Positions 1-7,533 of a DNA stretch of 17,948 nt are shown piece by piece (position 1 is the stretch's first letter; each line of letters starts with the position of its first letter). The position numbers were made by a program, and so were the translations under genes. The DNA comes from an archaeon (lineage in GTDB: Archaea > Iainarchaeota > Iainarchaeia > Iainarchaeales > CSSED10-239), in assembly GCA_037147375.1 (NCBI GenBank), contig JBAWVI010000003.1, forward strand, positions 1 through 17,948, read 5' to 3'. The notes under the pieces were generated by a model that was not told where the DNA came from, did not search any database, and was given only the letters and a program-made list of their open reading frames with translations.

Positions 1-331
1 GCCTCTTTAATGGCTCATTTAAAGACCCATAATCGTGTTCAGTAGTTATTTCGATAGCAGTTACTATATTCATACCACCTTGAAGAAGATCCTTTAAATC
101 TTCAAGGAAAACAAATAAATTTCTTTCATAAGACTTAACTCTTGCAGCATATATTCTTGCAGCAAGTCCAATTGCAAGTAATAGAGGGAATATTGCAAAA
201 ATTATAAACTTAGTACTAAATAAAGCAACAAATAAGATAATACTACCAATTGCACCTTTTACAATATAGTCTAGAAAAAACTCTTGCTTAGATGTTAAAT
301 CCAAATGCAATAATGCGTTATAATCAACCAT
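1..331 (-). CDS. Type II secretion system F-domain membrane protein (TadC/FlaJ-like), 5' part only; it continues past the left edge of the window
   Basis: This ORF is not in the supplied track. I translated the minus strand by hand from ATG (331..329) and got 110 codons with no stop: MVDYNALLHLDLTSKQEFFLDYIVKGAIGSIILFVALFSTKFIIFAIFPLLLAIGLAARIYAARVKSYERNLFVFLEDLKDLLQGGMNIVTAIEITTEHDYGSLNEPLKR. It has TM helices followed by the start of a soluble helical segment (FLEDLKDLLQGGMNIVTAIE) typical of GspF/PilC/TadBC/FlaJ repeats. It starts 13 nt after the stop of the upstream paralogous gene. Confidence 0.6.
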   Translation of the reverse strand, partial: MVDYNALLHLDLTSKQEFFLDYIVKGAIGSIILFVALFSTKFIIFAIFPLLLAIGLAARIYAARVKSYERNLFVFLEDLKDLLQGGMNIVTAIEITTEHDYGSLNEPLKR

Positions 332-344
332 ATACTTATTCACT

Positions 345-1226
345 TTATCCAACTAAATTTATTATTATTATAAAAATTATATTAATTAATGGTACAACAA
401 AGAAAACTCCAAGCATAACGAGCACAGATATACTTAAACCAGCAATACCACCACTACCAACCATACCAAGAAGCATAATTCCTGAAAAAATAAATAATGG
501 ACCTGCAATTACAACTGTTGAATAAATATCTCCAAATGCATCTGCTTTCTTGTTTTGATTATCAAGCATTAATTTGTATTCAAATCTTGCATGATCAGCT
601 TTTTTCTTCATAAATTCTGGAAGAGATCCACCAGATTCAATATTTGATTTTAGATCAAGTAAAAACTTTCTAAGTTCGTATGAAGGTGTTTTCTTTGCAA
701 CTAAATCAATTGCCTCTAATAAAGAAATACCAAGATTATCAATATAATACATAATTTTAGAAAACTCTGTACTTAAATATTCATTTCTTCCTTTAACAAT
801 CGTTGTAGAAAAAATTGCTTCTGGAGGTGCACCTGATTCAGCAACACTTGACATACCAAGAATAACAAGTGGAAGATTTATTTTAATACTAGTTACTTTA
901 GACCCAACAATCATGTATGGATTAAATAAACCATACCCTGCAATTCCAACTAACGCAACAATTGATAAAATTAATACAGTTCCAAATGATATTGAAGCTG
1001 AAAACATAGCAGCTAATACACCACCACAAAATAAGATTAATACAAAAGCAAGAGAAGCATAAACAAACCATCTAGATAAGTATAAATCCATATCTTCTGC
1101 AATATCTGCTTGTTCAAGCTTAAGTTCAAATTCAGGAAATCTAATCTTTCTAGTGATAGGTAAGAAAAGCTCGTACATTTTCTTTTCAAGATCTGGTGAA
1201 TTTAGATTTTTAAATGATTTATTCAT
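345..1226 (-). CDS. Type II secretion system F-domain membrane protein (single-domain TadB/FlaJ-like type IV pilus or archaellum platform subunit)
   Basis: 293 aa. The layout is a cytoplasmic N-terminus, two TM helices (WFVYASLAFVLILFCGGVLAAMF and FGTVLILSIVALVGIAGYGLF), a roughly 100-aa helical soluble domain (AESGAPPEAIF...LGISLLEAIDLVAKKTPSYELRKFLLDLKSNIESGGSLPEFM), and C-terminal TM helices. This is the T2SSF repeat-unit architecture. Confidence 0.7.
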   Translation of the reverse strand: MNKSFKNLNSPDLEKKMYELFLPITRKIRFPEFELKLEQADIAEDMDLYLSRWFVYASLAFVLILFCGGVLAAMFSASISFGTVLILSIVALVGIAGYGLFNPYMIVGSKVTSIKINLPLVILGMSSVAESGAPPEAIFSTTIVKGRNEYLSTEFSKIMYYIDNLGISLLEAIDLVAKKTPSYELRKFLLDLKSNIESGGSLPEFMKKKADHARFEYKLMLDNQNKKADAFGDIYSTVVIAGPLFIFSGIMLLGMVGSGGIAGLSISVLVMLGVFFVVPLINIIFIIIINLVG

Positions 1227-1308
1227 TATGTTATCTTACTCTATAAAATATATTATATTCATTAGATATAAGTTAACTATTTTATTTTTATATCTTTCTA
1301 TATATGTT

Positions 1309-2412
1309 TTAGATAGTAAATTCAACAATATCTTTGTTTTTTAGAACATAATTCTTAGAAACAGTCATTCCAGGAAACTTGGTTGAACCCCAAACTCTTT
1401 CATGCTTTAAGTTTCTTGCAAATGTTTTGTGTATTGCTTTTGCAGCACTAAGAACAGTTGCTCCTTGATCTAGAACAAGTGGTTCATTAGCATCTGCTTT
1501 TTGACCAGGTTTTTTAGTATGAATTATAATTTTATTAATTAATCTAAATATTTCTTCAGTTATTTCTAGTTTTTGAGATAAATCAAATGTTTGTATGTTT
1601 CTATAAACAAATGGTTTTGTTGTTTTTGTAAATGGCATTGAAACCGCAACTGTTTTAACAAAACAAGCTCTTGGATTAATTAATTTTACTAAATCATCAA
1701 GACTTGTTTTTTCATTTAAGATTATGTTGTGTGATCTAAAACCAGCATTTTTTAAGAAATTTACTGCTTGTTCTTTTGGGATTAATAGATTTTGTTCATT
1801 AACAAATGAAACCCCATTATATTCGCTTCTAATTATATCTATCTTTGGTTTATCATGTGTTATAAAAACATCCTTTCTTTCAAGCTTAGTTATTAGCACA
1901 TCAAGATCATCTTTTGAACCATCTTTAATTATTAAAATAATTGCATCTGCAACTCTCATCATAGAGTATACTTGTGTTGCAAGTTCTTGATTTTCTAAAA
2001 AGGACGGAACTTCAATTAATTGAATTATTGCTCCTCCAAAATTTAGTACTCCGACCTCTGGTCTTTTTGTAGTAAATGGGTACGGCGCTATTAATGGTTT
2101 AGCATTTGTAAAATTAGTTAAGAATGTACTCTTGCCCGCATTTGGAAGTCCAACAACAACAATTTGTCCTGCTCCTTCCTTCTTAATATTTATTGTGTTT
2201 CCTGATTTCTTTGCAGCAGCTGCTTGCTTAATAATTTTTGTTTTTAGAGCTGATAATTTTCTTGATAATTCTTTTCTTAGATTTTCTCCACCCTTATGGC
2301 TAGGAGCTTTAGATATCATGTCTTGAAGAGCAATTATTTTCTCATCATCGCTTTTTGCAGCTTCATATTTCGATTCTGCAATTGCATATTCGAAAGATAC
2401 ATTTGTTGGCAT
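1309..2412 (-). CDS. drg: DRG-family (Obg-like) GTP-binding protein with a C-terminal TGS domain; the G3 and G4 motifs look atypical
   Basis: 367 aa. The N-terminal helix (APSHKGGENLRKELSRKLSALKTKI) resembles the DRG N-terminus. The P-loop is GLPNAGKST and G2 is YPFTT. The TGS-like C-terminus is VWGSTKFPGMTVSKNYVLKNKDIVEF. The expected DxPG position reads EVPS, and I found no NKxD at the expected position. Confidence 0.85.
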   Translation of the reverse strand: MPTNVSFEYAIAESKYEAAKSDDEKIIALQDMISKAPSHKGGENLRKELSRKLSALKTKIIKQAAAAKKSGNTINIKKEGAGQIVVVGLPNAGKSTFLTNFTNAKPLIAPYPFTTKRPEVGVLNFGGAIIQLIEVPSFLENQELATQVYSMMRVADAIILIIKDGSKDDLDVLITKLERKDVFITHDKPKIDIIRSEYNGVSFVNEQNLLIPKEQAVNFLKNAGFRSHNIILNEKTSLDDLVKLINPRACFVKTVAVSMPFTKTTKPFVYRNIQTFDLSQKLEITEEIFRLINKIIIHTKKPGQKADANEPLVLDQGATVLSAAKAIHKTFARNLKHERVWGSTKFPGMTVSKNYVLKNKDIVEFTI

Positions 2413-2428
2413 ATTCGTATTCTCTTAT

Positions 2429-3037
2429 TTATTTATTAGTTATCCTTAATATTATTAGCTTCTCAAAGAATATATTCCTTTCCTTAAGTACTTTATAGTA
2501 TAAATTGTTTTTAATAATTTGCTTAAACACATAATGAGGGTTATTAAATGATGAAATTAGTAAATAACAAACTCCATCTTCTGAAAGGTGATCTTTAAGT
2601 TCTTTTAAAAACTTTAAAATAATTGTTCTTCCAAAAGCACCTCCGTCTGTTGCAAGTTTATCTATCTCACTATCCTTTGGAACCTTTTCAGAAGGAACAT
2701 ATGGTGGATTAAATATAATTAAATCAAATTGGTTTTTAATATTCTTAAATAAATTTGATTTGATAATTTTCATTTTATCTAACTTATACTCTTTCTTTAG
2801 ATTATTAAGATAAGTAATTACAATTGGATTAATATCAGTAACCACAAGATTATTTACTTGATTATATATACCAAGAGAAATATATGCTGATCCAGTTCCA
2901 ATTTCAAGAGCATTTTCTATTCGTTTTTTTTTAAGATTTTCTTGCAAAGTTTCAAGTAAAAGATAGGTATCTTCTGAAGGTAGATAAACTTGATCAGGAA
3001 TAGATAAACAATACTCTTTATAATTTATTTTTATCAT
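2429..3037 (-). CDS. HemK/Mtq2-like SAM-dependent N5-glutamine methyltransferase, a release-factor methyltransferase family
   Basis: Motif I is LEIGTGSAYISLG, followed by VVTDIN and the NPPY catalytic motif (IIFNPPYVPSE). The N-terminal VYLPSEDTYLL is typical of the Mtq2 type. The track ORF extends to 3091. I prefer the internal ATG at 3037 (MIKINYKEY...) because the extra 18 residues are low-complexity and would overlap tatD. Confidence 0.8.
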   Translation of the reverse strand: MIKINYKEYCLSIPDQVYLPSEDTYLLLETLQENLKKKRIENALEIGTGSAYISLGIYNQVNNLVVTDINPIVITYLNNLKKEYKLDKMKIIKSNLFKNIKNQFDLIIFNPPYVPSEKVPKDSEIDKLATDGGAFGRTIILKFLKELKDHLSEDGVCYLLISSFNNPHYVFKQIIKNNLYYKVLKERNIFFEKLIILRITNK

Positions 3038-3046
3038 AATATATAT

Positions 3047-3796
3047 ATGGTTAATAAAGATTATAATGCTTATCTTGATCTTCATTGTCATTATGATGAG
3101 CTTAAAGCTGATTATTTAAGAGAAATACTTACAAAAAACAATATTTACGCGATTAGTGCTTCTGTTGATATTGAAAGTTACAAAAGACTTGAAAAGCTAA
3201 GATTAGAAAAAATAAGTTATCTTAATTTTGCATATGGGATATATCCTGATGAAGTTATTAAAAAATCACTTTCCACTCTCCTTGAAGAACTAAAAGAAAT
3301 TAATTTTGAGAATGCAATTGCACTTGGAGAGATTGGACTTGATTATAAGGTTACAAAAGATAAGGAATTAAGAGATAATCAAAAAATTATTTTTGAAAAA
3401 CAATTAGAGATTGCAGAAAAACTTGATAAACCAATTATTGTACACACTAGATATGCAACAAAAGCAACACTTGATTTTTTAAAGGACTATAGTAAGCTTA
3501 AAGTTGTTCTTCATTGGTTTTCTGGTAACCTTGAAGAAATAAATGAAGCACTTGATAGGGGGTATTATCTTACACAAAGATATGCATCTCCAAGAATTGA
3601 AAATATAAACGAAAGATTATGTCAAACGTTTATTGAAACTGATTATCCTGTTTTTAGAGAAGGAAAAGAGATTGAAGTTACTGGAATTATAGATTCTTAT
3701 GATATATTTTGTAAGGAATACAATCTCCCACTTGAAAGTATAAAGATAAGAATGCTAAAAAACTTTGAAAAGGTATTTAATAAGATTGATGAATAA
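3047..3796 (+). CDS. tatD: TatD-family metal-dependent hydrolase/DNase
   Basis: 249 aa with the TatD motif series LDLHCH, GEIGLDY, IIVHTR, VLHWFSG and ETDYP. Confidence 0.9.
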   Translation: MVNKDYNAYLDLHCHYDELKADYLREILTKNNIYAISASVDIESYKRLEKLRLEKISYLNFAYGIYPDEVIKKSLSTLLEELKEINFENAIALGEIGLDYKVTKDKELRDNQKIIFEKQLEIAEKLDKPIIVHTRYATKATLDFLKDYSKLKVVLHWFSGNLEEINEALDRGYYLTQRYASPRIENINERLCQTFIETDYPVFREGKEIEVTGIIDSYDIFCKEYNLPLESIKIRMLKNFEKVFNKIDE

Positions 3797-3818
3797 GTAT
3801 ATATTAAATTAAACTAAT

Positions 3819-3822
3819 GGTG
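3819..3822 (+). promoter_or_regulatory. Shine-Dalgarno-like GGTG, 9 nt upstream of the M50 protease ATG
   Basis: The sequence is aatGGTGtaaaaagatATG. GGTG is complementary to the conserved CACC near the 3' end of archaeal 16S rRNA. Confidence 0.4.
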
Positions 3823-3831
3823 TAAAAAGAT

Positions 3832-4494
3832 ATGGCAGAAGAAGTTGTTTTCGAAGATTTTAAAGCAAAAGAGATTAAATCTAAAAAGTATTTAGAATTA
3901 AGAGACTTAATCATTGCGTGGATTGGAATATCTATTTGCTTTGCATTAGTTTTTGGTGGATACAACGTACTTGATGGATTTAAAAATAAATTCGCTTTTG
4001 ATTTTACAAATCTCTTCCACTATTTACTAGTTTCACTTATTGTAACTGGAACTTCTTTTATTTTACATGAACTTGCACACAAGTACTCAGCAATATACAT
4101 TGGTGCTAAAGCACAATTTATAATGTGGAAAAGTTCACTATTATTTTCAATTGCTTTATCAGCAGTAGTTGGATTTGTTTTTGTTGCTCCTGGTGCAGTT
4201 TACATATTTGGAAGAAGATTAACAGTTAAGGAAGATGGGCTTACCTCTCTTGCAGGACCAGCAATGAATATAATTATGGCTTTCTTATTTATGATAATAT
4301 TTATGATAATTGGATCCCCACAAACAGGGCTTTTAGCAATAATTATTACATATAGTATATTTGCTAACTTTTGGATTGCTTTATTTAATCTTATTCCAAT
4401 TGGACCACTTGATGGGAAGAAGATATTTACTTGGAATCCAGCAATCTGGGTAATAGCAACTGTAATTCCAGTGTTATTTCTATTTGTATTTTAA
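3832..4494 (+). CDS. Site-2 protease family (peptidase M50) intramembrane zinc metalloprotease
   Basis: 220 aa and polytopic. It has HExxH within a TM helix (ILHELAHK) and the second M50 signature NLIPIGPLDG. Confidence 0.85.
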   Translation: MAEEVVFEDFKAKEIKSKKYLELRDLIIAWIGISICFALVFGGYNVLDGFKNKFAFDFTNLFHYLLVSLIVTGTSFILHELAHKYSAIYIGAKAQFIMWKSSLLFSIALSAVVGFVFVAPGAVYIFGRRLTVKEDGLTSLAGPAMNIIMAFLFMIIFMIIGSPQTGLLAIIITYSIFANFWIALFNLIPIGPLDGKKIFTWNPAIWVIATVIPVLFLFVF

Positions 4495-4495
4495 A

Positions 4496-4522
4496 GCAAG
4501 ATATTCATTGTATATATCTTGC
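4496..4522. terminator. Perfect 9-bp inverted repeat (GCAAGATAT, 9-nt loop, ATATCTTGC) in the 10-nt gap between the convergent M50 and cdc48 genes
   Basis: Read directly: 4496-4504 is gcaagatat, the loop 4505-4513 is tcattgtat (it contains the cdc48 stop codon), and 4514-4522 is atatcttgc. The function (3'-end formation or stability for one or both transcripts) is inferred. Confidence 0.35.
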
Positions 4523-6673
4523 AATTGATCTATCTTCCTTAAATGAATCATAAATAGAACTATTGTTATTGTCTTTAAGATTCTTTTTCATTTTTTCAAG
4601 AATTTGAGTGATTTGCTTTTCCTTTAGCTTTGTTTCCTTATAATCTGATTCCTTGATTGCGAGAAGAACAGAATCTGTGATTAAAAGTTGAAGATCAGCT
4701 CCTGTAAAACCAATTGTCTTTTTTACAAGTAAATCTACATTAATTTTATCATGTGGTATTTTCTTTAAAAGAACTTCAATTATTTCTTTTCTATCAGTTT
4801 CTTCTGGAACCTTAAATTCTATTATTTTATCTATTCTTCCTGAACGAAGGAATGATTTATCAATTAAATCTGGACGATTGCTTGCTGCAACAAACACAAT
4901 ATCTTTTCCTGCTAGATTATCAAGCTCGGACAACAATTGATCAAGAACCTTTGTTTGATTTGTGCTTCCTTCCTTATCTCTTGTAATTGAATCAATTTCA
5001 TCAAAGAAAAGAATACACGGTGAAACTTCTTTTGCTTTTTTAAATATACTTCTTATTGTTTTTTCACTTTCTCCTAAATACTTATCAAGTACTTCTGGAC
5101 CTTTAACATAAATAAAATTAACTTTAAACTCTTTAGCACTTGCTTTAACAAACATTGTTTTTCCTGTGCCTGGCAAACCATAAAGTAATATTTTTGTTTG
5201 AGGTTTGATATTCATTTTATCAAGAAGATCTTTTTTCTTAAGATTAAGATTAATTATATCTTTCATTATTTCTTTTTCATGTTTCATAGCACCTATATTT
5301 GAATAATCAATATCAGAAACTTCTACAAACACCTCTCTAAGACCAGATGGCTGTATTAATTTTAAAGCACTTGAGAAATCATCTTTTGTAATACATAGCT
5401 TTTCTATGATTGCTAAAGGAATTTCTTCTTTCTTTTTCTTTTTATCAAATATATCAATATCTTTAACTGCTCTTTTGATTGAGATAATTGCTGCTTCTTT
5501 TACAAGGTGCGCAAGATCAGCTCCAACAAAACCATGTGTGACTTTAGAAATTTCAATTAAAGAAACGTTTTTATCAAGTGGAACATTTCTAGTATGTATT
5601 TTTAAAATATCAAGTCTTCCTTCTTCATCTGGTACAGAAATATTTATTTCTCTATCAAATCTTCCTGGTCTTCTAAGTGCTGGATCAATGTCTGAGCTTC
5701 TATTTGTTGCTCCTATAACAATTACGTCTCCACGATTACTCATTCCGTCCATTGATGCAAGAAGTTGAGCAACAACTCTTTTTTCCACTTCATTAACTAA
5801 ATTTTCTCTTTTTGGTGCAATTGCATCGATTTCATCAATAAAAATAATTGCTGGAGTCTTGCTTTGTGCTTTCTTAAATATCTGTCTTAATCTTTCTTCT
5901 GCTTCTCCAACATATTTTGCCATAATCTGTGGTGCATCAAAAGCAATAAAGTTTGCTTTAAGTTCATTTGATAATGCTTTTGCAAGAAGTGTTTTACCTG
6001 TTCCTGGTGGACCATAAAGAAGAATTCCTTTTGGTGGAGTAACATTTAGTTTATTAAATAATTCTGGATATTTAAAAGGAAGTTCAACCATTTCCTTAAC
6101 TGCATCCATTTGTTTTCTAAGGCCCCCAACATCTTCATAACCAATAAATGTTTCTGCTTTTAATTGAGTGATTGGTTTTTTACTAACAACAAAGTTTGTT
6201 GCATCTGATAAGATAACTGCCCCTGCAGGCTTAGTTTCTTTAATGTAATAAAGATAACCTGTTCCAAAAACATTTATCATAATTGTGTTTCCTTCAAGAA
6301 ATGGTCTTCCAAGAAAACTTCTTTTAATAATTAAATCATAATTGTCTGATAATAAGTTTACTTCTTTAAGAGGGACAAGAACTATTTCTTGTGCAATTTG
6401 TGGATTGATTTTTTTAACAGAAACTATATCTCCTATTGTAACTCCAGCATTCTGTCTTGTATATTGATCCATTCTAATTATATTTTCATCAAGAGGATTA
6501 TTTTTTTCTGGCCAAACTTGAGCAACAGTTTTTTTCTCACCCATGATTTCAATAACGTCTCCAGAAATAATTCCAAGCTTTTGTTTAAGAATAACAGACA
6601 TTGTTATTATACCTTTACCAATATAATCTCCAAGTGCTTCTTGAACTTTAAGTTTAATTTCTTCTTCTTGCAT
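4505..6673 (-). CDS. cdc48: Cdc48/VCP/p97-type AAA+ ATPase (N domain plus D1 and D2)
   Basis: 722 aa. The N domain (GDVIEIMGEKKTVAQVW...IRMDQYTRQNAGVTIGDIVSV) is followed by two AAA modules. D1 has GPPGTGKT, IIFIDEID, GATNR and RRPGRFDRE. D2 has GLPGTGKT, ILFFDEID, AASNRPD and LRSGRIDK. Confidence 0.95.
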   Translation of the reverse strand: MQEEEIKLKVQEALGDYIGKGIITMSVILKQKLGIISGDVIEIMGEKKTVAQVWPEKNNPLDENIIRMDQYTRQNAGVTIGDIVSVKKINPQIAQEIVLVPLKEVNLLSDNYDLIIKRSFLGRPFLEGNTIMINVFGTGYLYYIKETKPAGAVILSDATNFVVSKKPITQLKAETFIGYEDVGGLRKQMDAVKEMVELPFKYPELFNKLNVTPPKGILLYGPPGTGKTLLAKALSNELKANFIAFDAPQIMAKYVGEAEERLRQIFKKAQSKTPAIIFIDEIDAIAPKRENLVNEVEKRVVAQLLASMDGMSNRGDVIVIGATNRSSDIDPALRRPGRFDREINISVPDEEGRLDILKIHTRNVPLDKNVSLIEISKVTHGFVGADLAHLVKEAAIISIKRAVKDIDIFDKKKKKEEIPLAIIEKLCITKDDFSSALKLIQPSGLREVFVEVSDIDYSNIGAMKHEKEIMKDIINLNLKKKDLLDKMNIKPQTKILLYGLPGTGKTMFVKASAKEFKVNFIYVKGPEVLDKYLGESEKTIRSIFKKAKEVSPCILFFDEIDSITRDKEGSTNQTKVLDQLLSELDNLAGKDIVFVAASNRPDLIDKSFLRSGRIDKIIEFKVPEETDRKEIIEVLLKKIPHDKINVDLLVKKTIGFTGADLQLLITDSVLLAIKESDYKETKLKEKQITQILEKMKKNLKDNNNSSIYDSFKEDRSIARYIQ

Positions 6674-6694
6674 AAATAATCAATCTAATTTATT

Positions 6695-7510
6695 TTATTC
6701 AACTAACTTACAATCTCCTGGTGGTAGCATACAATCTATTTCCTCTGTTGTAACTAATATTCCTTTCTTTTCAAACTTTCTTTTAAGTTCAGCAACGATA
6801 GTTGATTTTCTATCTTCTCCAGGAATTAATTTAAAACAAATCTTTGAAATTGTTTGCTTGTGCTTAATTACTTCATATGGGCCAGAGATGATTCCAAGCT
6901 TTTCATCATAACCTAAGCCACAAGTAAGATCTAATTTTCTAAAGTAATCTCTTTTTCCACGAATAACAAATGCACCAGAGCCAACTGATTCTCCAGTGTT
7001 TGCAGTTTTTGTTACTTGATCAGGGGTTGTTGAATAAACATCAATTGAAAATATTTTTGATTTCCAAGCTGAAGAAAACATTCCTGCAAAGGTTGCAGCT
7101 TCACTTCTATCTTCTTCTGAAATTTCATCTTTATTTGGATTCTTGAGAACTACATGTGGAGCACCATGAATTTCAGCATGAAAATAAACGTCTTGATCAT
7201 CCATGTGCTTTTTAACTAATACTTCATTGTTTCTTGCATCACGTCCTGCAAGCACAAGATAATTATTGCTTGTGAAAAACCATCTGAACTTATGATACCA
7301 TAAATTTGCAGTTGTCTTTTCTTTCTTCTTTTCAAAAATTATTTTATCTCTTTTTGTTTTAATTTCATTTCCTTTTTCTACAAGTTTAGTTTCAGTTATC
7401 TTAAGTGCATTTCCAAGGCGAGATAGTTTACCTTTATACTTATTTCTTTCATTATACTTATTTTCTGCATTTCTTCCTGCACCTAACGTGTAATTAATTT
7501 CAATTTCCAT
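6695..7510 (-). CDS. NFACT-R (DUF814) plus NFACT-C protein, corresponding to the C-terminal half of NEMF/Rqc2/RqcH-family ribosome quality-control factors
   Basis: 271 aa. The core is WYHKFRWFFTSNNYLVLAGRDARNNEVLVKKHMDDQDVYFHAEIHGAPHVVLK, followed by AATFAGMFSSAWK...VYSTTPDQVTKTANTGE...GAFVIRGKRDY. The N-terminal RNAENKYNERNKYKGKL resembles the conserved helix of the coiled-coil/middle region. No NFACT-N or HhH part is present. Confidence 0.8.
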   Translation of the reverse strand: MEIEINYTLGAGRNAENKYNERNKYKGKLSRLGNALKITETKLVEKGNEIKTKRDKIIFEKKKEKTTANLWYHKFRWFFTSNNYLVLAGRDARNNEVLVKKHMDDQDVYFHAEIHGAPHVVLKNPNKDEISEEDRSEAATFAGMFSSAWKSKIFSIDVYSTTPDQVTKTANTGESVGSGAFVIRGKRDYFRKLDLTCGLGYDEKLGIISGPYEVIKHKQTISKICFKLIPGEDRKSTIVAELKRKFEKKGILVTTEEIDCMLPPGDCKLVE

Positions 7511-7533
7511 TTTAATAACCTTAATTTAAATCT

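Noticed and set aside
292-525. 77-aa plus-strand ORF overlapping the two T2SSF genes
   Set aside because: It is antisense to well-supported membrane-protein genes. The product is low-complexity (Ile/Thr/Pro runs) with no motif, as expected for shadow ORFs in AT-rich DNA.
1153-2326. Plus-strand ORFs 1153..1344, 1724..1990 and 2132..2326
   Set aside because: All are antisense to the T2SSF gene start or the DRG gene. They are Phe/Leu/Ser/Ile-rich mirror translations of Lys/Glu-rich coding sequence with no independent signals.
3038-3091. Longer N-terminus (MTMKIKISIIIFINHIYI...) for the HemK/Mtq2-like methyltransferase
   Set aside because: The extra 18 residues are Ile-rich and low-complexity and would overlap tatD by 45 nt. 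The internal ATG at 3037 gives an N-terminus (…VYLPSEDTYLL) at the usual distance. The longer form cannot be strictly excluded without experimental data.
4505-4525. Possible proteasome-docking HbYX motif at the Cdc48 C-terminus (...ARYIQ)
   Set aside because: The Tyr is third from the end, not penultimate, so it does not match hydrophobic-Tyr-X. I cannot conclude anything about proteasome coupling from this.
5406-6679. Plus-strand ORFs 5406..5768 and 6389..6679 inside cdc48
   Set aside because: They are antisense to a highly conserved AAA+ gene. The products are low-complexity, with no start context or motifs.
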